A stretch of DNA of 63,957 nt, filler included, from Octopus bimaculoides (lineage: Eukaryota), in NCBI RefSeq assembly GCF_001194135.2. It is 10 parts of 7 records of this genome, joined end to end, with 100 filler letters (N's around TTAATTAATTAA, not from the genome) between each part and the next. Parts side by side here need not be neighbours in the genome. Positions count along the whole stretch, not along the records: positions 29,756 to 38,946 come from NC_068985.1; positions 39,047 to 41,800 come from NC_068990.1; positions 41,901 to 45,568 come from NC_068981.1; positions 45,669 to 53,006 come from NC_068981.1; 6 more parts are not named here. One strand, written 5' to 3'. Below the pieces are notes generated by a model. It was not told the DNA's origin and did not search any database. It was given only the letters and a program-made list of their open reading frames with translations. Of this stretch, positions 38,261 to 50,960 are shown piece by piece (the first letter of the stretch is position 1; the number at the start of each line of letters is the position of its first letter). The translations under genes and the position numbers were made by a program.

Positions 38261-38313
<53 letters not shown>

Positions 38314-38655
38314 CATACATGCACACATACATACATACACGTATGTATGTATGTATGTATGTATGTATGTATGCTCACACGTATATACGTATAGCGTCAA
38401 CAAATGAAAACGCTACAAATGTTCAGAAGGCGTGACAACTGCTGCAGTGAAGAGAGCTCAGGCTCCGCGTTTCATCATCTATATTCGTTTCCTCCTGACA
38501 TCATTTCTACATCTGACGATAAGTGGCTGCCATATGTGAGATGAGTGTATATGTGGGCAGTGTGAATGTAGGTGTGTATGTGTCTAAGTGTGGAGGGAGT
38601 AGTGTGTTTGATGTGTTTGTTTCGTTTAGTTTTTTGTGCGGGTGGGCGTGTGCGT

Positions 38656-38696
<41 letters not shown>

Positions 38697-39126
38697 TCTA
38701 TGTGTGTCTGTGTGTGTTTGTGTGTATGTGCGCATGTCTGCCTGCCGCGTACGTCAAGCTATGAGCGCTTTTGTATAAAGCCTCAGATGACATTATATTA
38801 TAACGTGTTGAAGTGCCTGAGGAGAGTAGGAGGGAGCTATTTGTCCGAAAGGGGGGAGAGGGTTAAGCTACCGGGGGTTTTAGGAATGAGTGGATCATCT
38901 TTCTTTGTTCAATATGTATATTTGAATGTTTGTATGAATGTATGAANNNNNNNNNNNNNNNNNNNNNNNNNNNNNNNNNNNNNNNNNNNNTTAATTAATT
39001 AANNNNNNNNNNNNNNNNNNNNNNNNNNNNNNNNNNNNNNNNNNNNAACTGAACAAAGGTGGTAGAGAGCAAGAGACAGAGGGAGAAAAAGAGAGAAGGG
39101 TGAGGGACGGAGGGAGGGACAGAGAG

Positions 39127-39163
<37 letters not shown>

Positions 39164-39477
39164 GAGAGAGAGTGAGAGAAAGAGAGAGAGGGCGTGATAA
39201 ATACTGAATGGATGAAGATGTTGATAGAAAATGTATGATGATATAACAATGAGTGAGAAAAAGTTTTAAGGATATAGAAATAATGAAAATAAATAGGAAT
39301 AGATGCCGTAAAAAATAGAAGAGACGGAAAGGGAGACGAACAGACAGACAGCGTTGCAAGGAAACAGCAGATAAGTAGAAGAAATGGAACACAAATTGAA
39401 TACTTTAAAAAGAGTATGCCGCAGTGAATAAGAATTAGTTTTCTGACTAGCGTGTTGTTGAAATCTTAAATGAAAAA

Positions 39478-39535
39478 AAAAGCCGGACGAAATGCCACTA
39501 AGCATTTTGTCCGATTCTGCCAGCTCGCTGCCTTA
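39478..39535 (-). mobile_element. SINE family C head fragment
   Basis: Reverse complement TAAGGCAGCGAGCTGGCAGAATCGGACAAAATGCTTAG. Confidence 0.75.
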
Positions 39536-39594
39536 ATAATAGAAATAACAACAACAACAACAACAACAACAATAATAATAATAATAATAATAAT

Positions 39595-40069
39595 TTGTCT
39601 TGGTATAAAAGATGGACTACAGCAAATATGCTTAATACCACAGATTTGCTTGTCAGTTGTTTGACCTTAACCAGTTAAGCATGTCCCTTGGTGACTGACG
39701 ATATGTGCATCTCTGATCATGAGCAGAAGTAGTGGGGGAGAATCATAGCTATGTGTTGAGAGGAGTTCTTTGGGGTTTGAATAATTCACCTTTGGAAACA
39801 TGGGTGTTTTGCTCAACATCCTTAAACAAACCTTATTCAGGGACCTTCTGAGCGGGATGGGCTACTCGACCTGAAGAAAATTCTAACTGGGCCCCTCCTG
39901 CGAGGTCGTGCGCTGTTTATCTTGATATGAGATCTCCATGTCGTGCACATATGGTTACGATGCATGTGCCTGGTGTACCCTTATCAGACGGGTAGTCATG
40001 ATTGGTTTAATGGGCTTCGTATATTTGTACCCCAGTGTCACTTTGATGGCATGCACTGCTCTCTCACTC
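39595..40069 (+). mobile_element. Non-coding element of about 475 bp inserted within (AAT)n
   Basis: Complex, more GC-rich sequence sharply bounded by (AAC)n(AAT)n on the left and (AAT)n on the right. No ORF. Only one copy in the window. Confidence 0.5.
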
Positions 40070-40107
<38 letters not shown>

Positions 40108-40639
40108 TAATTAATAGACAACCACCCACGTGCTCTTGCTATTTACGTTATTTGTTGATGTTGTTGTCGTCCTTGTTACGTCACTTCAGGTCAGCCTTGA
40201 TTAACGTAACAACATTAAATGTCATTCCAGCTGAGTCTGTCCGTCCAATCATTTTATTAATGCATTGGCAGGAGAAAGCTTTCTCTTGTATGTCACGGTT
40301 GCACCACCGCCGGCATATCGTTATTTATAGGTGTTATTGTAATTTTCTGTTGCTGCTGTTGTTGTTGTTGTTATTGATGTTGCTGTTGTTGCTGTGGTTG
40401 TGGTCCTTGTCATCTCTGCTGTCACTCGGTACTGGGAAACACTAAGGAATTCTTGCCTGTAAAACTGCCAGACTGCAAAAACAGAAGCCATGGAAATGTG
40501 ACAAATGATGTGAAATCTCCATTGCTGACGTCATTGCTGTTGAAGTGTGCCACCTGCTCACCATACGGCGTATACATGAAATCACAAATGGGCAAACACA
40601 CATACACACGCACACACACTTAAACACACACACACACGC

Positions 40640-40811
40640 TGTGTGGCCGTTGTATTAACTGCAAGCTCAACATCAAGCACCACCTTCACTACTACTTCTA
40701 CTACAACTACTATTACTACTGCTACAGCTACTACTATTACTACTATTAATACTACTACAGCTACTACAGTTGCTATCATCACTACTACTAATTCTAGTGC
40801 TGCTGCTGCTG

Positions 40812-40871
<60 letters not shown>

Positions 40872-41290
40872 ATAATAATAATAATAATAATAATACTGCT
40901 GTTGCTGCCACTGCTGCTTCTACGGCCAATTCTCCATCTATGAGCACCAGCACAGTTATTACAACGAAGCGATCTACCATCTCCTGTAGTACCACTACTT
41001 CTACAAACACCGCCTGCGATTCCTGTGCCCACCACTACCACTGAAACCAACAATACCACTACTTCCACCACTACCATCACAACCACCACGACTGTTATAA
41101 TAACCCCCCTATTCACAACCAAGACTTACTCTCATCAACCTCTTACCACCGAGTCAACACCACCACTACAGCCAGCACACCTACCACCACCACCACCAAC
41201 AACAACAACATTATCACGACTGCCACCACCACCACCGCCGTCTCCACCACCACCATCGTTGCAACCGCCTCCACCACCACCACCACTGTA
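40640..41290. repeat. Compound trinucleotide array (ACT/GCT/AAT/ACC)
   Basis: Runs are directly visible and explain the poly-Thr/Ala/Asn/Pro ORFs. Confidence 0.9.
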
Positions 41291-41761
41291 AAACCGTAAA
41301 AAATGTTTGTAAAAATATATCTGTAAAAAGGGCTTTAAAAATATAAAAATTAAAAAATAAAAATGCTGAACGAATCCCAGTGTATTTTCAACTTTCTTCA
41401 AAATTTCTACCCACGTGGAATAAAATAACTTTCATCACTGGAAAAAGTATATATATTTGCATTGAGAACCACTTCCCATCGCCAACCGGTGGTTGTCACA
41501 CGCTTGTGACGGGTCAATACCCAGAAACTCGGGTCTGTGTGTATCACATCAGGATGGAGTTGGGAAGGATGACTTCCCTTTGCAAATACTGACAGGGCAC
41601 AGATAGTGTGTCAATAGCCAGCTGGAGATAATGTCTTCCTGGGGCTACAAGGTACAGTAGTATCGACCCTTAAGGGTCAGCCACATTTAGGTGGCAAATA
41701 TACTTCAAGATGTCGTGCAGCTACTGTTTATACTTCGCTCAGAAATTAATTATTGCTTATA

Positions 41762-41800
<39 letters not shown>

Positions 41801-41900
41801 NNNNNNNNNNNNNNNNNNNNNNNNNNNNNNNNNNNNNNNNNNNNTTAATTAATTAANNNNNNNNNNNNNNNNNNNNNNNNNNNNNNNNNNNNNNNNNNNN

Positions 41901-42090
41901 TATATATATATGTATGCATGTATGTGTACATACATATATATATATATGTATGCATGTATGTGTACATACATATATATATATATGTATGCATGTATGTGTA
42001 CATACATATATATATATATGTATGCATGCATGTATGAGTACATATATATATATATGTATGCATGCATGTATGTGTACATACATATATATG
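41901..42090. repeat. 36-bp minisatellite built from microsatellite units
   Basis: TGTATGCATG recurs at 41911, 41947, 41983 and 42019. Confidence 0.85.
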
Positions 42091-42623
42091 CATGTACACA
42101 TGTGTGTGTACATATATATGTATGTGTGTATGATGTGTATGAATGAATGTATCTGTGCATATATATATGTGTATGAACATATACATATGTGCATATATAT
42201 ATGCATATAGATGTGTGTATATATAAATATAAATTAAGGAACAATGAAACATCTACTCCTTAAAAAACAACAAATATATGCAGTAAATTAATTTGAAATG
42301 ATTTACAGTTCAGCTTTGCTCTGTTTCTGAATGTTTGCCTCACTTAATATTCCCCTACCATATCTCTCTTTTTCTCTCTCTCTCTCTCTCTCTCTCGTCT
42401 CCCCCCTCTCTGTCTCTCTCTTACCTCTCGGTTCGTTTAAAAAGAGCTTTCCTTAAAGCATATGGAGTAAGCTACATTATTCAAGCTATTAAAATAAACC
42501 TTAAAGTGAAATCAATCCCTTTGAATTTTCCCAAAAAATCTGTTGCATATGCTATAATCTGTATGATTGTTTCTACATATGCACACATGCGTTCATATTA
42601 TATGTGTATAAATATGTATGTAA

Positions 42624-42657
<34 letters not shown>

Positions 42658-42681
42658 TTAGGGAAAATAAATATAATAATT

Positions 42682-42715
<34 letters not shown>

Positions 42716-42866
42716 NNNNNNNNNNNNNNNNNNNNNNNNNNNNNNNNNNNNNNNNNNNNNNNNNNNNNNNNNNNNNNNNNNNNNNNNNNNNNNNNNNNNN
42801 NNNNNNNNNNNNNNNNNNNNNNNNNNNNNNNNNNNNNNNNNNNNNNNNNNNNNNNNNNNNNNNNNN

Positions 42867-42925
<59 letters not shown>

Positions 42926-43454
42926 GCAACTCATGGCATTTGTTGAGTACTCTCTTCCTTTTTTTAATACACTCCAACATATATTCACACTCACATCTTT
43001 GTGTGTGTGTGTGTGTGAATATTATATATGAAAATAATACCTTTGAATTTGCATTCCGAAAACTATTGCACACGCTGTAATGGTATAGAGTTTCAGCATG
43101 TGTCTGTTTGTGTGTGTTCATGCATGTTATAAGCAGAACATCTAAAAAAATCAAGTTGAAGCTAACCTATTCAAAATATGTTCAGGTTGAGCAAAGAAAA
43201 GATTTAAAAACAAACAAAATCAAATTGTAATTTGACAAGGAAAATGTATTTAAATGTCACAACTCATTTGATGCTTTTTAAGGTCCATGTATCAGGTGGC
43301 TGTTAGTTAAGGGGGTAAAGCTTCTGAAGAGTTTGTTTTGAAAAATGTTAGAATTCCCCAGAAACACCCCCACCCATTTCTTTCTTGTATTTTTCTCATT
43401 ATTTTCTCTCTTTCCATCAATAATTTTTTTTCTATCTTTTTATCAGCCTTTTTT

Positions 43455-44600
43455 TTTTTTTTTTTTTTTACTTCTTTCAGTCATTTGACTGTGGCCATGC
43501 TGTAACACCATCTTGAAGGGTCTAGTCAAACAAATCAACCCCAGTTGTATTCTGTCTGTCTCTTGCTGAACCGCTAGTTATAGGGATTTAGAGATTACAC
43601 AAGTTGTCAAGAAATAATGGGGAACAAACACACACACAAAAACACAGACCCCACAGTCATGGCTGTGTGGTAAGAAGCTAGCTTCCCAACCACATGGTTC
43701 AGGGTTCAGTCCTACTGCGGGACACCTTGAGCAAGTGTTTTCTACTAAAGCCTTGGGCCAACCAAAGCCTTGTGAGTGGGCTAGGTAGATGGAAACTGAA
43801 AGAAGCCCATCATATATGTGTGTGTGTGTGTCTTTGTGCCTGTTTGTCCCCTCCGTCACCTCTTGACAACTGGTGTCAGTGTGTTTATGTCCCCGTAACT
43901 TACCAACTCAACAAAAGTCACCAATAGTATAAACATTAGACTTAAATAAATAGGTCCTGGGGTTGATTTGTTTGACTAAAACTCTTGAAGGTGATGTCCC
44001 AGCATGGCCACAGTCAAATGACTGAAACAAGTAAAAGAACACACACGCACACATCGAGCTTCTTTCAGTTTCCATCTACCAAATCCACTCACAAGGCTTT
44101 GGTTCTTATAGAGCTATAGTAAAAGACAATTGCTTAAGGTGTCATGCAGTGAGTCTGAACCTAAGGTCACATGGTTGAGTACCAAATTTGTTAGCACACA
44201 GCCATGCCTGCACCTATGTTATTAATATTTTAATTAATAAATTTAGGGCAAGTGTGGCTATTGACAGAAAGAGGACATCACATACATATCATCATCTTTA
44301 TAACGTCTGCTTTTCTATGCTAACATGAGTTGAACAAAGCTTATTGAGGCAGCTTTTCTTTGGTTGGATACCCTTCCTGTCACCAACCCTCACCTGTTTC
44401 TTAGCAAAGTAATATTTCCGCATGGCTAGACATGTTCTTGCAGAATACTGCTAATAAATGACACTGCTTGAATGACAGCGACAATAATTTAAAACCATCA
44501 TGTGATGTCATGACAAGGAGAGACACACACACATGTATGCATATATGAAGGCTTCTTTCAGTTTCCATCTACCAAATCTACTCACAAGGCTTTGGTCAGC
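43455..44600. mobile_element. SINE cluster: family A tail (-, 43455-43580), full copy (+, 43655-44038), head half (-, 44055-44212), fragment (-, 44548-44600), and a fourth SINE-like family (-, about 44288-44520)
   Basis: Family A pieces align to 35531-35960. The fourth family has GGATACCCTTCCTGTCACCAACC and a (CAT)n tail. Confidence 0.8.
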
Positions 44601-45493
44601 TGAAAAAAAAAAAAGAAATAAACAAAAAAAGAAAGAAAATTATATAAATAATTTCTCTTAATGTTTAATGTTTCACTCCTTATGAGTGTTGTGAAATAAA
44701 CAACTTGAATGAATGAATCATTCTGAGTGCAGGAGAGGAGTGAAGAGAACACAGCGGCGGGGAGAGGGATATAAAAAAAATTGTGTAATGTGTGGTAGCA
44801 GTGATGATAGTGGCGGTGGTGATGCTGATGGCAGTGTTAGCGGTAGTAGTAATGGTGGAGAATTGTTGCTGTGGTGGTGGTGATGGTGGTTTAACACCCC
44901 ACTCCCGCTGATCTATTATCAAAGATGTTCCAATAGTAACCATTGCACCATATTTTTTTTTACACATAATCTATCTAGAACTACGAATCTGTTTTTATTT
45001 CTTTATTTCTTTATTTCTTTATTTATATATTGTTATTTTTAATATTTTTAATATTTATATAAGGGCATTACTATACAATAATGCCTCACGCTATGAGGGA
45101 CTCTAAGGTCAGACTACCATAAAAAGCACATTGTTATTTTTAAGGTAGGAAGATGCAGTTTTAAGATTATTCCAAACACATCCAGTGACCTTATAGAGCA
45201 ATGGTTTCCATATGCTTTTGACTGAGTGGCACATTGGAGATCAAACAAAAATATTACTGGTACCCTTTCACATGGAAAATTAAAAAAATATTTTAAAGTT
45301 AAATATTTAGTTAAAAGATACAGAGGATTAATCACACCTGTATATGACCAAATTATGAATAACATATTTTCCAAGATGTCCAGGCATTATTATGGATTTT
45401 CTAAAGCCTTATATTTGATTCCTCATTGGACATCTATTTTTTCCATACTAGTATGGGTTGAGGGTATGTCCCAATACATCACCACCACCACCA

Positions 45494-45568
<75 letters not shown>

Positions 45569-45668
45569 NNNNNNNNNNNNNNNNNNNNNNNNNNNNNNNN
45601 NNNNNNNNNNNNTTAATTAATTAANNNNNNNNNNNNNNNNNNNNNNNNNNNNNNNNNNNNNNNNNNNN

Positions 45669-45904
45669 GATGACTCGTAGAGATAACACAACGAGTTGTA
45701 CAATTTAATTATTACATTTATTATTCAATTACATACAAAGAACGCACTCACCCAATATTCGTTATGAATAAACAAAAGTCATGTCCGCCATATTTATCTC
45801 AATGACATTTTACTACCACAGTCACACAAGACAACAACAATGAAACAATGAACTCAGACGAACCACATGACACACGGAACGTCAGACGAATTATATATCT
45901 AACA
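45669..45904 (-). mobile_element. Candidate LTR fragment or solo LTR abutting the RTE relic
   Basis: The minus strand starts TGTTAGATAT at 45904, where RTE similarity stops, and contains AATAAA. The other end is lost in a gap. Confidence 0.35.
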
Positions 45905-46550
45905 GTCCATATAACACGGGCTAGTGGAGGACTTCTGTTTTCTTTTAAATAGACATCTAGACTAAAGAGCCGAGCGGCTTCTGCAGAGCAAGAGATGATG
46001 CGTTGCAAAGCTGTCTCTCTGTGGATAATAAGGGTAGATTCCTCTGCATAAAGTAACTCATGGATGGGTTGTTCGAGTGTTTTGGTGTGATTTTGCAGCA
46101 CCTCAGGTTGAAGAGGCTGCCATCAGTACAGCACCAAATGTGGATGCTACCTTCATCAATTGATGGAATATTATACTTACGAAGATGGTGAAAAGGACCG
46201 GTGCAAGGACACAACCTTGCTCCACACCGTTGTCAACAAGGAAGGGCTCAGAAAGGTCGTTGTTGTATCTGACCTGACCCCTTGCTGATTTTCATGCAGC
46301 TGGATGATCATGTTGGGGAGTTTGGAGGGACATCCAAGATGTTCCAGGATTTGTCATAGACCTCTTCAACTTACAGTATCGATTGCTTTAGTGAGATCGA
46401 CAAAGGCAATGTAAAATCCTATACTTTGCTCATTACACTTCCCATGGAGCTGTGTGAAAACAAAAACATATGGGTGATGCTCATGTTTGTTCTGAATCTG
46501 CAATAATATTCTGGAAGTTTCTCTTTTGCTAATTATGAGTATCAACAACA
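45905..46550 (-). mobile_element. RTE-clade (BovB-like) LINE RT fragment
   Basis: QLHGKCNEQSIGFYIAFVDLTKAIDTVS, NGVEQGCVLAP and ELLYAEESTLIIHRETALQRIISCSAEAARLFSL. Confidence 0.88.
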
Positions 46551-46924
46551 GGGCTGAGAGAAAGTACCTCAGAGGGGCGTTCTATTCACTGAATACACAT
46601 ACGTTTACGCCTGCACAATAATGTCCCGACTTACTATAATATATATATATATTAACCACAATGCATATACTACCTGCAAGAACAATACGTACATATATGT
46701 ATATCCGGTGTGCCATGTCTCAAGTTTTCAGTTCACACGCTCCAAGCAGAACAGGTGTGTCCTCATTAAAGGTGTGTCCTCATTCGCATATGTTATTAAT
46801 AATCTGTAATTTATTTTTAACTCATGCAGCCAATGTGTGTGTGTGTGTGTGTGTTCATGTGTGAGTGCATGTGTGCTTGCTTGCGTGCGTGTATATTATA
46901 TATCATGTCACATATTTACGTTAT

Positions 46925-47180
46925 CTGTGAGGCGGCAAGCTGGTGGAATCGCTAACGCGTCCGACATTTACGTTCTAAGTTCGAATTCCGGTGGGGGATC
47001 AGTTTTACCTTTCATCCCTCTTGAGTCGATAAAATAAACATCAATCAAGTAGTGAGATCGATATAAATAACAGACTTGAGTGGACTGGAGCAACGTGAAA
47101 TGAAGTGTTTTTCTCAAAAACACAACGCATGGCCCGGTCCAAGAATCGAAACCACAATCTTAAGTTTGAATCGTAAGGTG
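46925..47180. mobile_element. SINE family C copy (+, 46925-47050) and family B head (-, 47072-47180)
   Basis: Similarity to the other copies in the window. Confidence 0.75.
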
Positions 47181-47446
47181 TATATTTTTACAATAATTAT
47201 TCTATTTCAACCTCGCTAAGTAAGTTTCTCCCTACCTCCACCTCTATCTCTCTCTCTCCCTACACACACACACACATTATATATATNNNNNNNNNNNNNN
47301 NNNNNNNNNNNNNNNNNNNNNNNNNNNNNNNNNNNNNNNNNNNNNNNNNNNNNNNNNNNNNNNNNNNNNNNNNNNNNNNNNNNNNNNNNNNNNNNNNNNN
47401 NNNNNNNNNNNNNNNNNNNNNNNNNATATATATATATATATATATA

Positions 47447-47950
47447 CACACATGACAAACGTAAATAGACACCCCATTAAACATCGTTTTATTTTTATTT
47501 CAACTTGAAAAGGTATATATTTTTTATTAGTTGACATTTTTATGGTTCAGTTTCTATACGTGATTGTTTAATTATGCTACGTACAAAAGAAGCCTTAGAA
47601 CTGTCCGAATTTCAAAGAGGCTGTACTGTGAGTCAATCTGAAGGTAGACTTCGCCAGTGTAAAATCGCAGAAAACCTTGGGATCCCGTTTTCTACAGTTA
47701 ATAGAGTGGTTGCGCAATTCGCCAGAGAAGGGAAAGAGTCCACATCACCTCGACCAGGGCCTTTGAACAGGACCTTTCGCTTTGTAAGAGAAATGTGTAG
47801 GATAATCCTCATTGCAAGGCCTCTCACATAGCAGAACAAGTTGATGTCAGTCCCAGAACAGCTGCCAGGTATCTCCACAAACTTGGCTATTATGGCAGAG
47901 CAGCAAGAAGGAAGCGATACAATCTGCTGCATAGCTGGGTCGTTAGCAGC
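47447..47950 (+). mobile_element. Tc1-like transposon 5' part (TIR plus HTH region) inserted in (TA)n
   Basis: Begins TA-CACACATGACAAACGTAAATAGACACCCC. The ORF reads [49 protein letters not shown]. Confidence 0.8.
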
Positions 47951-49597
47951 CCCTCACCATATACATACATACATACATACATAAGTTAAAAACACAAAAA
48001 TTGCACAAACAAACGGAAAACAGTCACAGAAGGTCACTAAATCCTCATTAGTTATCGGCCAGAGAGTCAAACGCAATTTCGTGCCTTCAATGATAATATT
48101 GGTCCCCTGCCCCGGTGACGCCGGCAGCAAGCAGCTCCTGAGAAATGGCAAGCCAACGAACAAGGGAACAAATAAGAAATAAAAAATAATGTGCATAGAA
48201 ACTTGAAGTAAATGTGATTCAAGACGAGATATTAGCGGACGGACGAGAGATAAAGACAAGAACAAACAAGTTGAAATATGAACATACGAACAAACTGAAA
48301 TAAATAAGCAGAATACGGCCTTAGGGCCACACAGGAGGCGAAAATATGGTTAACACCAGGAGGAATTTCTTAAAAGATTAGAAACAAAAGGATAACAGAG
48401 AGACAGCGAAACGAGTTGAAAGTGGGAGACGAGAGGAAAGACGACCAGTCGCTTCGGCGGTCGGCTTGAAAAGGAAAGGAGAGAGAGAATAAAAGATGAC
48501 GATGACTACGGGTTTCTTATTGAAAGTTCTCAATATGCAATCATTGGGTACTCAGCAAATCGTTAACAGCTTGTGAGTGTGTTTTTATAAAAACATGTGT
48601 CGAATTTTCGATGTTTGAATGAATAATGGTAATGATTATAAAAGAAAGCTGCCTTGTGAAATTTGATTCTGTCGTTATCGGTTCCATAGTAGAAATTCAA
48701 ATATTAACTCCCACAACATAAGTATTGCTTGAAATATGTGTATCATACATGGCAATAACTCCATCTGAATGGCACGGAAAATTCCACATCCTGGATGCTG
48801 CAGTTAATGGAAGGATCACTGCTTCCGTAGCCGAACGGTGGATGTCGGTATGCACATACCTGTACGTATATATGCATATACTCATTTACTATTTGTTTTT
48901 ACATGACCGAACGCAGCGTCACCAATCTGTAAGTAGTTTTCGTAACTTTATATTTTCCGACGCTACTCTATCTCTTTCTCTTTCTCCTCAATTTTTCCCC
49001 CTCTCGTTCTTCCTCTGTTTACTACTACGTATCTCTCTTTACCCCTCTTGTTCTTCCTCTGTTACTACTACGTATCTCCTTATCCCCCCTCGTACTTCCT
49101 CTCTTCCTCTTTCCTCTCATTGCTCACCTATTCTTCTACTTCCTCCCTTTGTTTCTCCCTCTACCACTCTCTCTCTCTCTCTTCCCCTTACACCGGCATG
49201 GTCACATGCTTCCGGTCAATAATCCTTTTCTTCCTTGGCTATCGCCGAGCAAACACGCGAACTTACTTCGTCCCCACTTTCAAGTTCGTGCCTCACAGCG
49301 TTCATACACATAATTTTTCCCGTCTGGCCGTATAGCCTTTTCTGTTTGTTTTCCTGTCTTGTTTTTTGTCCGCCACTACATTCCTCCATGGCAAGGTTTA
49401 ATTTGTGTATACAAATTTAATTTGCGGTCCATGGGAAGAGNNNNNNNNNNNNNNNNNNNNNNNNNNNNNNNNNNNNNNNNNNNNNNNNNNNNNNNNNNNN
49501 NNNNNNNNNNNNNNNNNNNNNNNNNNNNNNNNNNNNNNNNNNNNNNNNNNNNNNNNNNNNNNNNNNNNNNNNNNNNNNNNNNNNNNNNNNNNNNNNN

Positions 49598-49650
<53 letters not shown>

Positions 49651-49654
49651 GCTT

Positions 49655-49830
49655 TCGAAATGCTTAGCAGTATTCCACCCGTCACTACGTTCTGAGTTCA
49701 CATTCCGCCGAGGTGGACTTTACCTTTCATCCTTTCAGGGTCGATAAACGTACCAGTAGTGTACTGGGATCGATGTAATCGACAATCTCCTCTCCAAAAT
49801 TTCAGGCCTTGTGCCTATAGTATAAAAAAT
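49655..49830 (+). mobile_element. SINE family C copy, head truncated
   Basis: CGAAATGCTTAGC...GAGTTCACATTCCGCCGAGG...tail Y. Confidence 0.85.
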
Positions 49831-50206
49831 TATCTAATATCATATGACGAACATTCGCCTGCTATTTCTTGGAGATAAAACTAAGGTAAACAGAGACTGC
49901 ATAATTGCTTTCATAGTCCCATAAATCTATTGGCCTACTTTTATAATATGCGCTGATTTGTTGAAGCGAAGCTTATCTAAAGCCAAACAATACAAATGAC
50001 TAGTAAAAGTTGATTTTCTTAATCTTTGTTGCCATTGTGTAAGTAAACCTTGATACGGATGTAACCATATCGAGTTGTTTGTTGAAGTAGTTGGTACACA
50101 AACTAAACAATATTATTTCAGTGGTTGTTGGAAAAGGCGGATTTTTAAAAAAAACGTACATTTTAATTTTCTCTGTTCCGTGTTCAAATCATTCTCGTAT
50201 TGGCTT

Positions 50207-50247
<41 letters not shown>

Positions 50248-50329
50248 GATAGCTTAATTAAATAAGTGTCCTGTATAACTTCAGTTGGAGACCTTCTAAT
50301 ACACCCCACTCACACACTATGTTAATCTG

Positions 50330-50501
50330 GTGTTCCTTTGTAGCGTAAATGGAGGCGGAGTGGTTGAGGTGCAGCGGCTGTTCGCCTCGGGCGATTATTT
50401 TACGAGGACAGTACTTTTGGGTTTGCTGCTTATAAACCTGTGTAGGTTTAGGGGCCCGGTGGGGGTGGTAAATTCAAAACTTGTCTCTAGCTACGCCACT
50501 G
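50330..50501 (-). mobile_element. Possible hAT-type non-autonomous element end
   Basis: The minus strand starts CAGTGGCGTAGCTAG, a common hAT-type terminus. The matching TIR is not convincing. Confidence 0.3.
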
Positions 50502-50584
50502 CTAAGGAACTCAATATACGGACAATTTCTCTCAAATAACTCTACCATCTTAATTTAGGTACATGGTCTGAAATTTGAGATGAA

Positions 50585-50960
50585 ATGTTAGTCGATTGTA
50601 TCGATTCTAATACTTAACTGCTACTTTATTTTATCAACCACGAAAGGACGTAAGACCAATCTGATCCTAGAGTTGTTCGAACTCTAGACGCAAAGAAGTG
50701 GGGATAAAATACTGCGTGGTATCGGCATAATCGGTAGATCGATTATGCCACCTCATAGCCATTCTTTTGTCTGTGATCATTTACTTGTTTCAGTCATTAG
50801 ACTGTGGCCTGGTGGGGCACTGCCTTCAAGAATTTTTTAAACAAATCAATCGACCCCAATATTTTTTTTTTTTTAATCTGGTTCTTATTTTATTAATTTC
50901 TTTTGCTGAACCGCTAAGTTACGTGAGTGACATTGGTTTATCAAGAAGTGGTGGGAAACA
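50585..50960 (-). mobile_element. Degraded SINE family C (50585-50720) and family A tail (50775-50960)
   Basis: Reverse-complement similarity to the in-window copies. Confidence 0.65.

Noticed and set aside
40180-40580. Short minus-strand frames between trinucleotide arrays
   Set aside because: No clear acceptor/donor pair or family match.
40582-41401. Mucin-like poly-Thr/Ala/Asn/Pro ORFs
   Set aside because: They are open on both strands because trinucleotide arrays lack stops. There is no signal peptide or convincing splice context.
41440-41730. Complex GC-balanced block as a coding exon
   Set aside because: Stops in most frames and no motif recognised.
48697-48885. GC-balanced segment with open frames on both strands
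   Set aside because: No recognisable domain or consistent splice pair.
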